Shown piece after piece: positions 1-12,679 of a DNA stretch of 64,000 nucleotides. The stretch comes from Octopus sinensis (taxonomy: Eukaryota): positions 140,926,001 through 140,990,000 of the forward strand of contig NC_042999.1 in assembly GCF_006345805.1 (NCBI RefSeq). Reading direction: 5' to 3'. The first letter of the stretch is position 1. Each line of letters opens with the position of its first letter. Made by a program: the position numbers and the translations under genes. The notes beneath the pieces were generated by a model. That model did no database searches and was not told the DNA's origin. It saw only the letters and a list, made by a program, of their open reading frames with translations.

Positions 1-1099
1 CACACTCTTACTTAATTGTAAATACTACTGATGAAACCTGTTATTGACTCTTCACAAGTAACAGTTTTCTGCAGTTGTGATTTCCACCCGTCTCCTTTTC
101 AACTTAATGAAATGTGTTAGTAATGAATTCCTATTATCAGTTAATCAAAAACCTTTATAAGAGAAGGAATCTTTTATATCTATTTATTTGTTTAGTGTAT
201 TTTTCCTTCTTTTCTGGATTAAAAAAAATAAAAATCAATCCTTTATAATTAATGAGCATGGTAATGTCCTAATTAACTTGACCTAGTTATTTTTTGTCTT
301 GATCTTTGTTGTTATCAACCTATATCACTATTATTCATTTTCCTCTTCTCTTAAAACTTGAAAAATCAATTGAGTCCCTAATACTTTTTCCTCCTCCACA
401 GCTATGTTTCAAAATGTTTTAAGACATTTAAACAATATAAGGGAGGGGGAAGTGCATATGTATTCTCACACACATACACATACACAGTAAACATGTAGTT
501 CTTCAAACTAGTCTCCTTTCTTAGTCTAAAGAGAAGTTAATTTAATTATCTACTTATTTACCATTTATTCTATTTTGTGAAAATATTTCTTTGCTAATCA
601 TTGAAAATTAGATTTTCTAGATGAAAGCTGGGTTTGATCCTTGCTAACAATTGCAAGCACATCCTATCAATGGTCTGTCACATTGATCATGATACAGACA
701 ACCAATTATTTTTTTTTTCTCTTTTCCTCTAAATGTGCTCTACCTTAAATTCGTGGTCAGCATTATTTACAACAGACTACCAGAATATTTTATAATGTTC
801 CTTTCTTAATATCATTTCCTGACACCAGCTAAGTCACTCAATATTCCCAGTGCATCTATTGTAGGCTTAGAGAACCTACTGTTAATGCTAAATTGTACTT
901 CTACATATTTTAAATTCAGTATTCAAAGATGTAGATCTAAAATAGTAGAGCTTTCTACTTAATTATGCCACCCCATCATCTTCCAAATAAAAAATAACTA
1001 TGATAATTGTTTGTGTGGGTGTGCATGCATGATTATGGATACTGTTATTAGAAAACAATAAGTGTTTTGATGTTTCATTTTTAATCTTAATTTTAACAA

Positions 1100-1325
1100 A
1101 CTTAGTGGACTAGTGCTTTCAATATAGCATCAGACAAAATGCCTTGGGGTACTTGACCTGGATTTTTTCATTTTGAGTTCAAATCTTGCCAAGCTCATCT
1201 TTGCTTTTTATCCTTCCAAGGTTGATAAAATAAAGTACCAGTCCAATATTGGAGTGGGTTGGGGGCTGACATACTCAGTTGTTTCCTCCCAAGTTTCTGG
1301 CCTTGTGCTTATGCAAGAAATTATC
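1100..1325 (+). mobile_element. Decayed tRNA-derived SINE (family A)
   Basis: B-box-like TTGAGTTCAAATC followed by the family body ...ttatccttccaaggttgataaaataaagtaccag; the same body recurs at least 8 times in the window. Confidence 0.7.
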
Positions 1326-2580
1326 AAGTTCAGATCCCACTAAAGTGACTGCTTTTTATTATTCCAAGATCAACAAAATATAATACCAGTCAAGCACTGG
1401 ATCAATATAATTTACTATTCTCTCTTTCATAATTCCTGGTACACTGCTTATATTATAAATCAATATTAAAATTTACAAATTTCCCAAGATAAAATTACAA
1501 GATAAAAATTATACCAGTGTCTAGGTTACAAAGAAAATGCAGGTTATATTTGGAAGTAGCTTTTAATTTCATATTTATGAAAAGAGCAGACTTATCGTAG
1601 CTATTGGTCATTGGGAAGATGGCTAATAGTTTGTAAATTAGAACACTTAGTAAAGAGAAAATTAACATTTATTTTGGTAGTGAATATGTAATTTCTCAAC
1701 AGAGAAATTCAGAGTTACTATATCTGTGGTAATTGTATCAAATGCTAGTCCTTATTTTGTTACCAGTTCCTAATGATTTCTCCCTTGACTAAACCAATTA
1801 TACATATAGTTTCTTTTATTGCTAAAATATTATCTATAGACATTCATTACATTTGACTGCATTGTTTCAGTTTGCATTTTAGCCCTTAAAATGTGAAACT
1901 AAATTTCTCATTTGTTGTCTTTAATAATTGTAGACTGCTTTGTTGCGCGAAATTTTTATTTTAATTAATTAGTGCTGATCAAATTTATAGAACCATGTGG
2001 CTTAATGTGTGAGTGACATATTTTAAATGATTTGCCAAGATAAACATCCAAGTTGGTCCTTCACTACATACTGAATAATACTTGGAGAACAGCTCCTCTA
2101 CTCTTAGTTTACCATAGAAGAAGAAATAATTGATAAAGAATGCACGAATTGTTAAGAATGTTCTTATTTTATGCTTACATATTCAAGGATGGTAACTATT
2201 CACTAGCATTAGTTGTTTTCTATTTTATCAAAAAAATATGTATCAGCAGGTGTTCAACAAGGAAGCAATTGTAATGGATTCTTGGTATTTCAAATTTTCC
2301 CAGTGGTTTATTTTGGTGTTGACTGAAGATGTGTTTCACTTCTGGAACTTTTACAATTCTTCTCTAGAAAAAGCTTTCTGCTAAGTTGTTCTTTTAGATC
2401 TTACTGGAAGACTTAATTTCTCACAATAAATATTTTCTTAAATTATATATAATTTATAGCCTGTTATTTCAGTCATCTAAAATGGATATTTTCTTTGAAG
2501 GTCTATTAATTATTACAGTCAAAACCTCATAATTACTTGACACATTTTGGTCTAAATGGATTGACTAAATCATTTCTTAC

Positions 2581-2715
2581 CATGGAAAACCTTGTACCTG
2601 AGAAAAAATTAATATATGTACCACATTCCTCAAACATCTCCACCATACTTAGTAAGTATGTATCCCAATGTGGCTGTAAAATTGCTAACTCAGGATAACG
2701 TCTAAATTTAGTTAC
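2581..2715 (-). CDS. Candidate internal exon, 45 codons (VTKFRRYPELAILQPHWDTYLLSMVEMFEECGTYINFFSGTRFSM), product unknown
   Basis: Open phase 0/0 frame between tttag| and |gtaaga. It could instead be part of a decayed retroelement ORF, because neighbouring sequence has broken frames. Confidence 0.25.
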
Positions 2716-3837
2716 CTAAAGCTTTTATCTATGAAAAAATACAAAGCATTAGGTTTATTTGTTTGCTATTTTTTGGTGGGTGAATATTTAGAAGTTAGAC
2801 TTCTTCTAAAACCTGAAAGTTAGAATATTGCTTTCACATAAGATGAAAAATTTTATAAAAAGTTTTTCATTTTTAATTTATTTATTGTTCCTCTTTTACA
2901 ATAGTAAAAAATAGAACTTTTTTGACTCCTCAGATTAAATAACAAGATCCTATTGGAATTCATACAGGCCACCATTTGAATTCATAAAAGCATAAGTTTT
3001 GTTCTCTGTCTATTCAGATTCTTCCAGTAACACTTCACTGTTTGAAACATGCTTTTTTTTTATTGTCCTGTCTTTCTTTTGGAAACATTGAGAGTAAAAG
3101 ATGCACATTCTATTTAATGTAACAGGAAGTCTTTTAGACTGAAATATGCATCTCTATTTAATGTATTAAGAAAGTCTTGTTTTGGCTATTATTTTTGAGT
3201 AGGTTATATATGTAGTAAAAAATTTCTGTCTCTCATCTAAATATATTGGAGTGCTTATCTCTCAATCTGGAATTAAGATCTCTCTCAAGTTTATCAGATT
3301 GTTGGCTATTTTGGTGATTGGTTAATGCATAGATCAAACAATTATAACTGTCTTAGTCATTACTAGTCAATTAAGATTTAAAAACAAATAAAAATATCTA
3401 TGAACAGTAAACATAAAAATTAAGGAAAGATGCTAAAGAGTATCAGTTCAAGTATCATTCAGAGAATTGATTATCACTCATGAATAAACTAATACTCTCT
3501 GATAGATAGAAGGCACAAGGTTAGTAATTTTGAAGGGAGAAGGTTATTCAGTATCATCAACTCCAGTACTTTTCTTAACTCTGGAGGCATAAAAGGCAAA
3601 ATTTTACCTTTGGTGGAATTTGAATTTGGAATGTAAAAAATTGGAACCAATACCACAAAGCATTTTGTCCATTGCTCTATCAATTCTATCAACCCATCCC
3701 CTTATATAATAATAATGATGATGATGATAATAACGAGAGAACTCAGCACAAACCTCCCAAGACAACACCAACATCCTCTCAACAATTAGCCAGAGATGAT
3801 TTTTAAATTGTAAATATCTGAAAAAACTCAACTGCTT

Positions 3838-4085
3838 TCACAAATGAGAATGAACCCGACTGCTCTCAAAAATTAAGTAAAAAAAAAAAACAGGAAAAAT
3901 AATCCAGAATCCTTCTCCTGTATCGGATTGATCCCAAAATCTAATCAGTTCATGCCAGTCACGAGGCCAAACATCCCTGAAAGTTTCATCCAAATCCATC
4001 CAGCAGTTCTTGAGATATCTTGTCCATGGACAAACAAACAAACACAGCTGAAAACAATACCTCCACCTTCACTAAAGTGGAGGTA
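3838..4085 (+). mobile_element. Helentron-associated (HINE/DINE-1/Pearl-like) non-autonomous element, 3' part
   Basis: tttcatccaaatccatccagcagttcttgagatatc, then an (acaa)n microsatellite, then a terminal stem-loop tacctccac-N10-gtggaggta (4058-4085) followed by (taa)n. Confidence 0.55.
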
Positions 4086-4104
4086 ATAATAATAATAATA
4101 ATAA

Positions 4105-4235
4105 TAATCTTCTATAGGTATGAGGCCTAAAATTTTGTGGGAGAGGGCTAGTCAATTACATTGACCCCAGTGCTCAACTGGTGCTTATTCCATCACTTCC
4201 AAAAGGAGGAAAGGCAAAGTTGACTTCAACAGAAT
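4105..4235 (-). mobile_element. SINE family A fragment
   Basis: Reverse complement of the family body (attgaccccagtgctcaactggt...ggcaaagttgact). Confidence 0.7.
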
Positions 4236-6279
4236 AATAATAATTATGACGATATTAATTTCTCATATTGGCATAAGGTCACAAATTTGTAGAGGAGTGA
4301 TATAGGTGATCAAATTAGTCTCAGCACATGCTTGTTACTTGATTGATCCTCAAGGGAAGAAAAGGAAAGTCTACTCTGACAAAATCTGACCTTACAGCAT
4401 AAAAATGATGAAACCAAATACTATGTGGCATTTAATCCAACATTCTACTGTTTCTATGATGACAATAATGTTTTTAGGCTTATGACTAATTTTTTAAGGT
4501 GAGTGTAGTTAAATATTTCAAACCTAATATCCTACTTTATTGAGTGAGGAGATAAAATGCAGAGTTTTTCTCTGTGGGATTTATCTCTGAAGCATTTAGA
4601 ATGAGTGGGGAAAAGGTGAGAGAGATGGCAGTAGGGTATGAAACAAAGGAGGAGTGAGAAAGAGGAGTTAAAATACAAAAATTAGATCAGAATCAACTCC
4701 TGAAGGTTTTGAACTCTGAAACAAGAGACATCAAACTAGACGCTGTAAAGCAGTATTGCTTTGCTCTGGACCATCTGCACCATCTTTATTTCTAATGATG
4801 AGGAAAGGGTTACATCTGGTTGCCCTTTTACTTTTTATATTTCCCCACACTCTTTACATAGTAATTAGTTTTACTCAGTTTTTAGATAACTTTGTTCATT
4901 GTTTTAATCACTTTTTACAGCATGTATTTCTCCATGTTTCCAAAATATTTGGCAAATTTGCTAGGTAAACCTTGGCACTGACTCAAGCATTGCATTGTTA
5001 CTAATATAAGATAAATTAATTGTGATCATATAATATATTGCCATTGTATAAAAGCATCTAAAACTGAAATACAAATTTTACAACCTTTAGTGCTCTTTAT
5101 TCATGTATTTTTATTAGCACTGTTTCATTGACAATCATTATCTTAAGATTTCCTTGTGCTAAACATCTGGCTGTAACACTCTTTTAAGTGTCTTCTGGTC
5201 ATCTTTTATTTGTTTGGTTAGTTAACTGTGGTTCCACTATGTAACCAAGACATTGCTGTCAAAACTAAGTCAAAGGGAAATGAGGTATGTAACCAGATTT
5301 GGAATTTTTGTGGCTTGTTGCCTTTATAATGGTGCTATTTACTGGAGATACACTAAGCTGTCTAAAGATTATCAAATAGTGCTTAATAATATAGAAACCA
5401 AATGATGAAAGTATTTAATGATTGGCTGTTGTTTAACCTCAGATCATCTCTGATCAAAGAAACTTATGATCAAAGACAATTCACTCATGACCAACCCACC
5501 TTTTATTCAAACATCTTTACCTAAGGATAGGTTATAGCTTATTTAAAGACACCTTACATTATAAGTAAATTTTATGAAAATGATTAGAATGGCAGTTATT
5601 ATGTACATTATAATTTTTTTTACTGATTTTTTACCCTTATATAAGGTGATATGTCTAAGCAGATAATGTATCAGACTACATATTCATGAGTAATGAGTTA
5701 AAACCTGTTGCAGGTTGGACATTGGGAATTTTATGGATGGAATGAAATAAATTAAAATGTTTAACTAGTTTTTTGACTCCTCAAATATTTTTCCTTGTCT
5801 TAAAAGTTCTCACAAAAGTGATCACCAAGCTTACTTCTAGTTTTACCATTATACAGCAGATTGCAGAATGTACAGTAGACAGTGTTAGAAGAAGTATAAT
5901 CAAAATGGTCTATGATCATTAACTTATCCTTTGAATCAGCTGTACACTTTGTGTTGAAAATGTAACATCTCAATACAGCTCCAGCTAAGAGTTATAGATT
6001 GGACATCAATAGGAACTATGGCACCCCTAGTAAGGAAGTTGTGTAGACTTTTGACTCCCTTGAAAGAAAAGTTGTTAATTAGGAATGTTAGGGATGATTA
6101 GGAGACATCAAACTAGATACTGTAAAGCAATATTGTCTTGTATGACTGAAGTAGTCTAAAGAGGAAGACAAATTAGAAATGGGGCTCCATTTTGTGATTT
6201 ACATGTATATAGTTGGTGTGTTTAGGTTGAGTGGTTGTGCTGGTACAAATGAAAAGAATATAGTTTGGTAGATACATCA

Positions 6280-6540
6280 TCATCATCATCGTTTAACATC
6301 CGTTTTCTGTGCTAGCATGGGTTGGACGGTTCAACCGGGGTCTGGGAAGCCAGGAGGCTGCACCAGGCTCCAGTCTGATCTGGCAGTGTTTCTACAGCTG
6401 GATGCCCTTCCTAACACCAACCACTCCATGAGTGTAGTGAGTGCTTTTTACGTGCCACCATACCAGGTGCCAGAGGAGGCTGGCAGCGGCCACGATCGGT
6501 TGGTGCTTTTTATGTGCCACCGGCACAGGTATCACAAATA
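6280..6540 (-). mobile_element. RTE LINE 3' UTR/tail-only copy
   Basis: Near-identical to the 3' end of the RTE at 37720-38110, including the (gat)n tail. Confidence 0.85.
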
Positions 6541-6819
6541 CATTAAAACAAAAATCATGCTTTACTATAAAGTTAAAAGATACTCTGAAGCCTTGGTTAC
6601 ATAACATAGCATAAAAGGAACTATGAGAAGTGAATGGCATTTTTAGAGTATGTCTAACAAGAAAAAGAATATTCAAAGTAGGCATTTGTGTCTGTGGTTG
6701 GAGAATTGGACATTCAAGAACTCCACACTGCTCACTTTGACTGGAATAAAGCAGACTGGAACTCTACAACTCTGGAGATGTGAACACCCAAACTGACTGG
6801 AACTTTACAACTCTGGAAA

Positions 6820-8620
6820 TGTGAAAACTATACTTCAGAACATCCTGAACTCAATATGGACAGTGTGTACAGCATCAGTACCATGTAAGCACAAAAAACA
6901 TCCCAAAAGTACAATTTGGGAGACTGCAGCAGTCAGACTTGCCAGGAAAGAATGTCATAATACTAAATGGCAATACAAACTGCAAAAATCAGATATAAAT
7001 AGGAAAAAGCGCAATAAATCATCCAACCATCTCAAGCAGGTGACAAAAAGGGCAGTGTTTGAATTTGAACAGTACATAGCAACCAACACTGAAAGTAAGG
7101 TTTCTGGAAATATGTACGTTCAAAGCAGAGACCTCACTCTCCTGTTGGTCCTCTTCACAATCCCCACACAAGCCAGATTACTGATGACCCCCAAAAATGT
7201 GAAGAACCAGTTAAAAAGATCATCTTTCACAGAATTAAAAGCTTTAGCAAAGTCAAGGTGAACAGCATCCATCCATGAGCCGCCATCAGTGACCCAGGTG
7301 ATGTCTTCAAGAAACTCAATAAGTTGATCACAGCAGCTGGAGTTAGGGATAAATCCAGTTGCTATGATCAACTTATTGAGTTTCTTGAAGACATCACCTG
7401 GGTCACTGATGGCGGCTCATGGATGGATGCTGTTCACCTTGACTTTGCTAAAGCTTTTAATTCTGTGCCACACAAAAGACTTATGGTAAAACTCTCTGCA
7501 ATGGGTGTGAAAGATGATCTTTTTAACTGGTTGGAGGACTGCATTCTTCATCCTATGAGATGTCATCTGGTGTACCACAGGGATCTGTTCTTGGTCCTCT
7601 TTTGTTTGTTGCTTACATTAATGACATAGATGCCAACTTAAAGAATATCACTGTACTGGAATATGCGGATGACACAAAGTTGTCCAGGTCCAATTGCAGA
7701 AAAGATCTATAGTGTTCAGATCCTGAACACTATAGATCTTTCCTGCAATTGGACCTGGAGACAATGCAACAATGGGTCATAGACTGGTGGCTCAAGCTGA
7801 CTATAGACAAGTGTACTGCTATGCAGTTTGGGAGAAAAAACCCAGTGTCCACATACTCTCTCCACAACACTAATATCAAAAAATCTTCTTGTGAACGTGA
7901 CCTGGGCATTACTGCCAGCAGCAATTTGCGCTGAACAAAGCACATCTCTAAAATCGTCAAGAAGGCTGAGGGTGTCTTGACATCACTCAGCAAGACCTTT
8001 GTTAGCCGCTCTCCAGCTATCTATTTAAGGCTGTATATAGTTATGGTGTGGTCACACTTGGAATTTGCATCACCCTATCTTGCTCAGGACATTGACCTCC
8101 TAGAAACTATTCAGACATGCAACCAAGCAAATAACCTCCACCAGGCATCTACTATACTCTGAATGCCTTGCTTCCCTGGACATAAATACATTGAAGCTTC
8201 AACATCTGACAACTGATTTGGTAAACACCCACAAAATTATTGACCATCATGCCATCAACCACCTTGAGCACCTTTTTGAGCTCCATGTGTCTAATACACA
8301 TGAGCATGCCTACAAAGTTCAAAAACAGCACAGCTCCCATGACTTTTGGAAACATTTTTTTCACACTCAGAGTTGCTGAAGCATGGAACAAACTACCTGC
8401 ATCAACTGAGGCATTGCATCCTTTAAAACCTCCATGCTTCCTGAAATTTGCCAACACTACACTTGATATCACTCCCTCCATATGCATGCACATATGTATA
8501 TCATGACTCATACACTGTTCACTTTTCTGACTTTTGTACATAATTTTATGTACTGTACATGCACCTTTGATGAGTTGTAGTGCACTTGAATACTATACAC
8601 AATAATTTCATTATTATATT
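6820..8620 (+). mobile_element. Decayed CR1/L2-type LINE (RT region and 3' end) with internal deletion and inverted duplication
   Basis: Broken frames give a FWKYVRSK-like linker, SCYDQLIEFLE, HLDFAKAFNSVPHKRL, GVPQGSVLGP (ggtgtaccacagggatctgttcttggtcct), YADD (tatgcggatgac), ERDLG, and FF.LRVAEAWNKLP; frameshifts and stops throughout. Confidence 0.9.
7228..7467. repeat. Perfect 103-bp inverted repeat (fold-back)
   Basis: 7228-7330 is the exact reverse complement of 7365-7467; the ORF track shows DQLIEFLEDITWVTDGGSWMDAVHLDFAKAFNSV on both strands. Confidence 0.95.
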
Positions 8621-10415
8621 GTCCAATGAATGCTAAAACACAATAAATGTTACATTGTCTCTTGTGAGATTGTTTGTGACTACATGATTGTCATTGTGTC
8701 AGTCATATAGTTCAAAGATGGACTCGGTGAACTAAATGAAATTTTGTTTTGCTGTATAAGCTTTCAATAGGTTTGCATAATTTGAACCATTTTGTCCCCT
8801 TAGTTATCCCATTCATCTGAGAAGCTACTCGATAAAATGCTAGACAGAAAAACTTAGTGGTACCAGGTTCAAGTTTGCTTAGCCAGATTTATTTGTAAAA
8901 AAAATATAGTGTAAACAATGAATTGTTTCAAGTTAATGTTTTGTAATTTCATAGAGAAAGTAAATGTGAGAAATGCTTTGGAGATTTCAAAATGAGATTT
9001 GTGACAATAAGTCAAAAGGTTTTGGTTGAGATGTTTTTGTAGATTCTACCAACAATATGCTACACTAATCATTCTTTACCATACCAATTACTGATCTTAG
9101 AAATAGAGAGACTGTGCACCTAATGTTTTATATGGCACATGCTCTAAAGGCATTTGCCATATAAAAATTTCTGTATCCCCATATATGTTAATAAAAGGAG
9201 TGTGCAGGAGTTCATTTTTTAAATGTTTTTTTCAAAAAATATTTATTTCAAGAAGTAACCTTAGTTTTTAAGGATAATGTTGATATGACAAAAGCAGTAC
9301 TATTTTCAGTACTATGTTGGAGGGCTGAGCTGATAAAATATTAGACAACCACTTGAGGAGGCCAGTAGTTCATAGCCAGTTACTAACACTAATGTCTATA
9401 GTCAAGAAGTTATCAATGGCTAAATTCATCTAACTATAAGAAGGTACCAAAGAAATAGTACATTTCAGGACTGTAAGTTGTAGAGGTGATGAGTATTTTG
9501 TTGGCTTAATCTACTAAGTTCAATTCATTCAGTAAGGAAATCTGATGAATCAGCATTCTATCCAGAAATTTATTTATCTGTATTTTACATTATTTTCAAG
9601 GGTTTCTGAGACTGGTGGGAGAAAGGGAGGAAGGTATCCTCAAACAGGAAACCTGGTCCAAATGCTTGCAAAAGTGGGGAGTCCACTAAAAGCACCCAAG
9701 GTGCCAGGTGGTGGAATTAAATCATATGATGAGTTAAGATTTCCACCCACATAAGCCATTGTTGGATATGCACTCAGAATGCAAAGAACTAGAATAAATA
9801 TCAAAAGGCATTTATTCTGATCTTTTGACAGTTCCACCAATTCACCTCCTTGGATTGGGGACATTTTTTATCAACCTCAAAAAGATGAACAGTAATGTTG
9901 ATCTCAGTGAGATTTGAACTCAGAATATAGAAAGTCAAAAAGAATAACATGAAGCATTTTGCCCAATGCTCTAACAACTCTCAATTTGCTAAACACTACC
10001 TGACACAAGAGTTAGGTTCTGGCCTTAAGAGTCAGTTGTTTGAATTATCATTAGGAAGAGGATTAATTTTAGCTTATACAGATATATTTTACATGAGTTA
10101 GCTAATTTGAAAATTCATATATTTGTTTAAATTATTGGAACATTTATAAAATTTTTTTACCATTTAAATCCCAGCAATAAAATGAGTATTATAACTTGTT
10201 CAAGTGGTTATGCTAAAGCATACAAACCTTACCTAAGGACAAATTTATCCTAAACTTTTTTGAGTCAATGTTTCTTCAGCTTTTAATGATGAGTTCAAAT
10301 CCTACCATGGTTGAGTTTGGCCATAGTTGCAGCACCCTCAAAATAGCCCTGTTCAAACAAATCTGTCAACACCAGACTGAACAATAATTGTGAGCAAATC
10401 ATATTAAGGTGGTGC

Positions 10416-10560
10416 AATGGCTTTCAAATGATGCACCATGACTTTGTAGTGCACTGCAACAGGAATCTAGGTGAACAGCAGAGTTTTAAAAATATAATCT
10501 AAGGCTTTAGAAAATCTATACTATTGCTTGAAAAACCTTCAAAATTGTTCTTCATAAGTT
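10416..10560 (+). mobile_element. hAT-like MITE fragment (same family as 63113-63240)
   Basis: caatggctttcaaatgatgcac...aaaaatataatctaaggctttagaaaat aligns by eye to cagtggttcacaaatggtgcac...aaaaatataatttaaggttttagaaaat. Confidence 0.5.
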
Positions 10561-11578
10561 TGTTATATATAGATATGCTTAATAAACCAATGTAAGCAAT
10601 AGTTTTCTATATAGTTTCTGGATTTTTAGCTTTGGCAGTAGCTTTTTTAAAACTTTTCATTTAAAGTTTAATTGTAACTTTTTTATTTGCTCTCCATTGT
10701 ACCATGAATAAAAAGAAATCAAGGCCAGTGAGGTAATATAATAATAACAAGCTCTCATTCTCACTATTTTAAGTTAAGGAAAAATATTTGATATCAAGTA
10801 AACAAGTAAATGTTTCAATATTTAGAATTTGTGTAAGTGTTGGTTGTGGAATAGTTATATTTCACATCAGTTTGGAATGCAATATATACATGGATCTACA
10901 GTTCTCCTTCTATCCCATTTTTAGAATATAAATTAGTCATTTTATACTTACTTATTTATTACTTGATAAAACTATTTTAGGTTATATTTCCGACTGCCAA
11001 ATTCTGTTCCCACAATTCTGTAAACCTACACACCTCTTTACACACAAGAACAAACACACATCCACATACATTCCAAATACACTTTATATGTTTACTGGGC
11101 ATAATATTGTAAATAATTATCTCTATAGAATCTACAACAATCATTAAATTAATTTTAATCTCCTCCTATTTCTTCAAGTTACAGGTGATTTATAAGTCTA
11201 TTTATAGGGTAGCTAGATTGCAGAGTTGTTGATAAGTGAAGGATGTTAACAGTCTCCTTGTTGGTCTATACTGCCAAGTACTAAGGAATAGGTGTGTTGC
11301 TTTATGACTTAGTTTTTATCAACCCTATCTTCCTTAGTTAATTACTTCCATAAAGGTATGCTGTGTATATCCTGGCTGATAGTTTTCTTGAAATGTTTGG
11401 AATGCCAAGAACAGAGTATATCCAAATTGATGTCAACAAACTAACAGTCTGTACTCCCCGTTCCAGTAATATGACAATCAGTGTTTAAATAGTTGAAAGG
11501 AACAAGTAAATATTGTGATTGTTTTCACATTTCAGGTACATATATAAGTAAAATATGTAAATGTTTGCTTGTGTTTTT

Positions 11579-11636
11579 GAGTGCAATATATATTAAATAT
11601 ATATTACTGAGTGCAATATATATTAAATATATATTA
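11579..11636. repeat. Tandem duplication of a ~30-bp unit (tgagtgcaatatatattaaatatatattac x2)
   Basis: Direct inspection; also visible as LSAIYIKYIL x2 in the ORF track. Confidence 0.9.
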
Positions 11637-11844
11637 CATGAGAGATATTTTTTACTGCTCTCAGTGATTGGACTGTGGGAATGCTGGTGCCCCACTTCAG
11701 GAATATAGCTAATTATTCTAATCTAGTATTTGAATGGTACTAACTACGGAGGGATAAAAAGTAAATTGGGCAGAATGTGAATTCGGAATGTAAAGTTACA
11801 CACAACAAAATACCACAAAATATTTTATTTCCCATCTACTGAAA

Positions 11845-12205
11845 TATATGTCTTTCTTTTTACTTGTTTCTGTTATGCTGGGCCCCACCTTGAAGAATTA
11901 GTCGAATGAATTGATCCCAACACTTCTTTTTTTTTTTTTTTATTTTTAAGTCTAGTACTTCATCTGTTAGTGTCTTTTGCTGAACTGCTAAGTTACAGAG
12001 ACGTAAACACAACAGCACCAATCGTCAAGCAGTGGTGGGGGACATCCTCACACACACACACACACTACTTTCAGTTTCCATCTACCAAATCCATTCACAA
12101 GGCTATAACTGAAGACACTCAGACATTTGTCCAAGGTGCTATACAGTGGGACTGAACATGGAACCATGTGGTTGGGAAGCAAATTTCTTACCATGCAGCT
12201 ATGCC
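11845..12205 (-). mobile_element. tRNA-derived SINE (family B, OK/OR-type octopus SINE)
   Basis: Minus strand shows a tRNA-like head (ccacatggttccatgttcagtcccactg), a central (tg)n, and a 3' body ending ...gaaacaagtaaaaaga; several copies in the window. Confidence 0.85.
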
Positions 12206-12238
12206 TATATATATAGTCAAATCAAATGATCATTAAAA

Positions 12239-12518
12239 ATAACAAGCAACAAGAGGACGTGCACATGATATGTATTAGTTGAATGCTTGATAAAAAGAGA
12301 GTTTTTTATGTATTGAGCATAGCTCTTTGTCGGAAAGAAGAAAAGGAAAAGTCCAATGAAGGAAAAATATCAAAAACAGCATGTGTTTTTTTATGTAACT
12401 ATACATGTGCTGTTGGTGATTTCTTTTCCTTTTTCAGATTTTACCTTTTCTCCTTTCTAAAGAACTCTGCTCGAAATGTCAAAAACTCTCTTTCATGTGC
12501 ACATCCTCTTGTTTGTTA
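12239..12518. mobile_element. Inverted-repeat element built from two decayed Penelope-like termini
   Basis: aacaagaggacgtgcacatga (12248-12268) vs tcatgtgcacatcctcttgtt (12492-12512), one mismatch; looser homology extends ~100 bp and includes decayed CTGANGA..GAAA cores. Confidence 0.65.
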
Positions 12519-12679
12519 TCATTAATTTTATTCATTTATTTGATTTCACTATTTACTACACACACACACAGACCCTCTACATCCTTCCAACTAACTTGGA
12601 GTACCTGATTCATGGATTTCTTATTCTACCCTTAGATTACATTACCTTTTTTATTCCTTTAGAGTATGTCATTTCTGCA

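Noticed and set aside
40-110. ETGGNHNCRKLLLV as the kinesin SLGGN continuation (minus strand)
   Set aside because: Acceptor is purine-rich (gaaaag) and an in-frame stop follows; not supportable
9545-9864. ORFs of 69-74 aa in a GC-richer patch
   Set aside because: No recognisable motif or consistent splice pair; likely a repeat relic
10230-10480. Minus-strand exon candidates
   Set aside because: No frame is open between good splice sites in the needed phase, and part of the region matches the hAT-like MITE
11520-11545. Other AG|GT juxtapositions (also 2597 minus, 31996 plus, 45596 plus) as recursive sites
   Set aside because: Donor halves are weak (GTACAT, GTACAA, GTTTAG, GTAATG) and such motifs are expected by chance in AT-rich DNA
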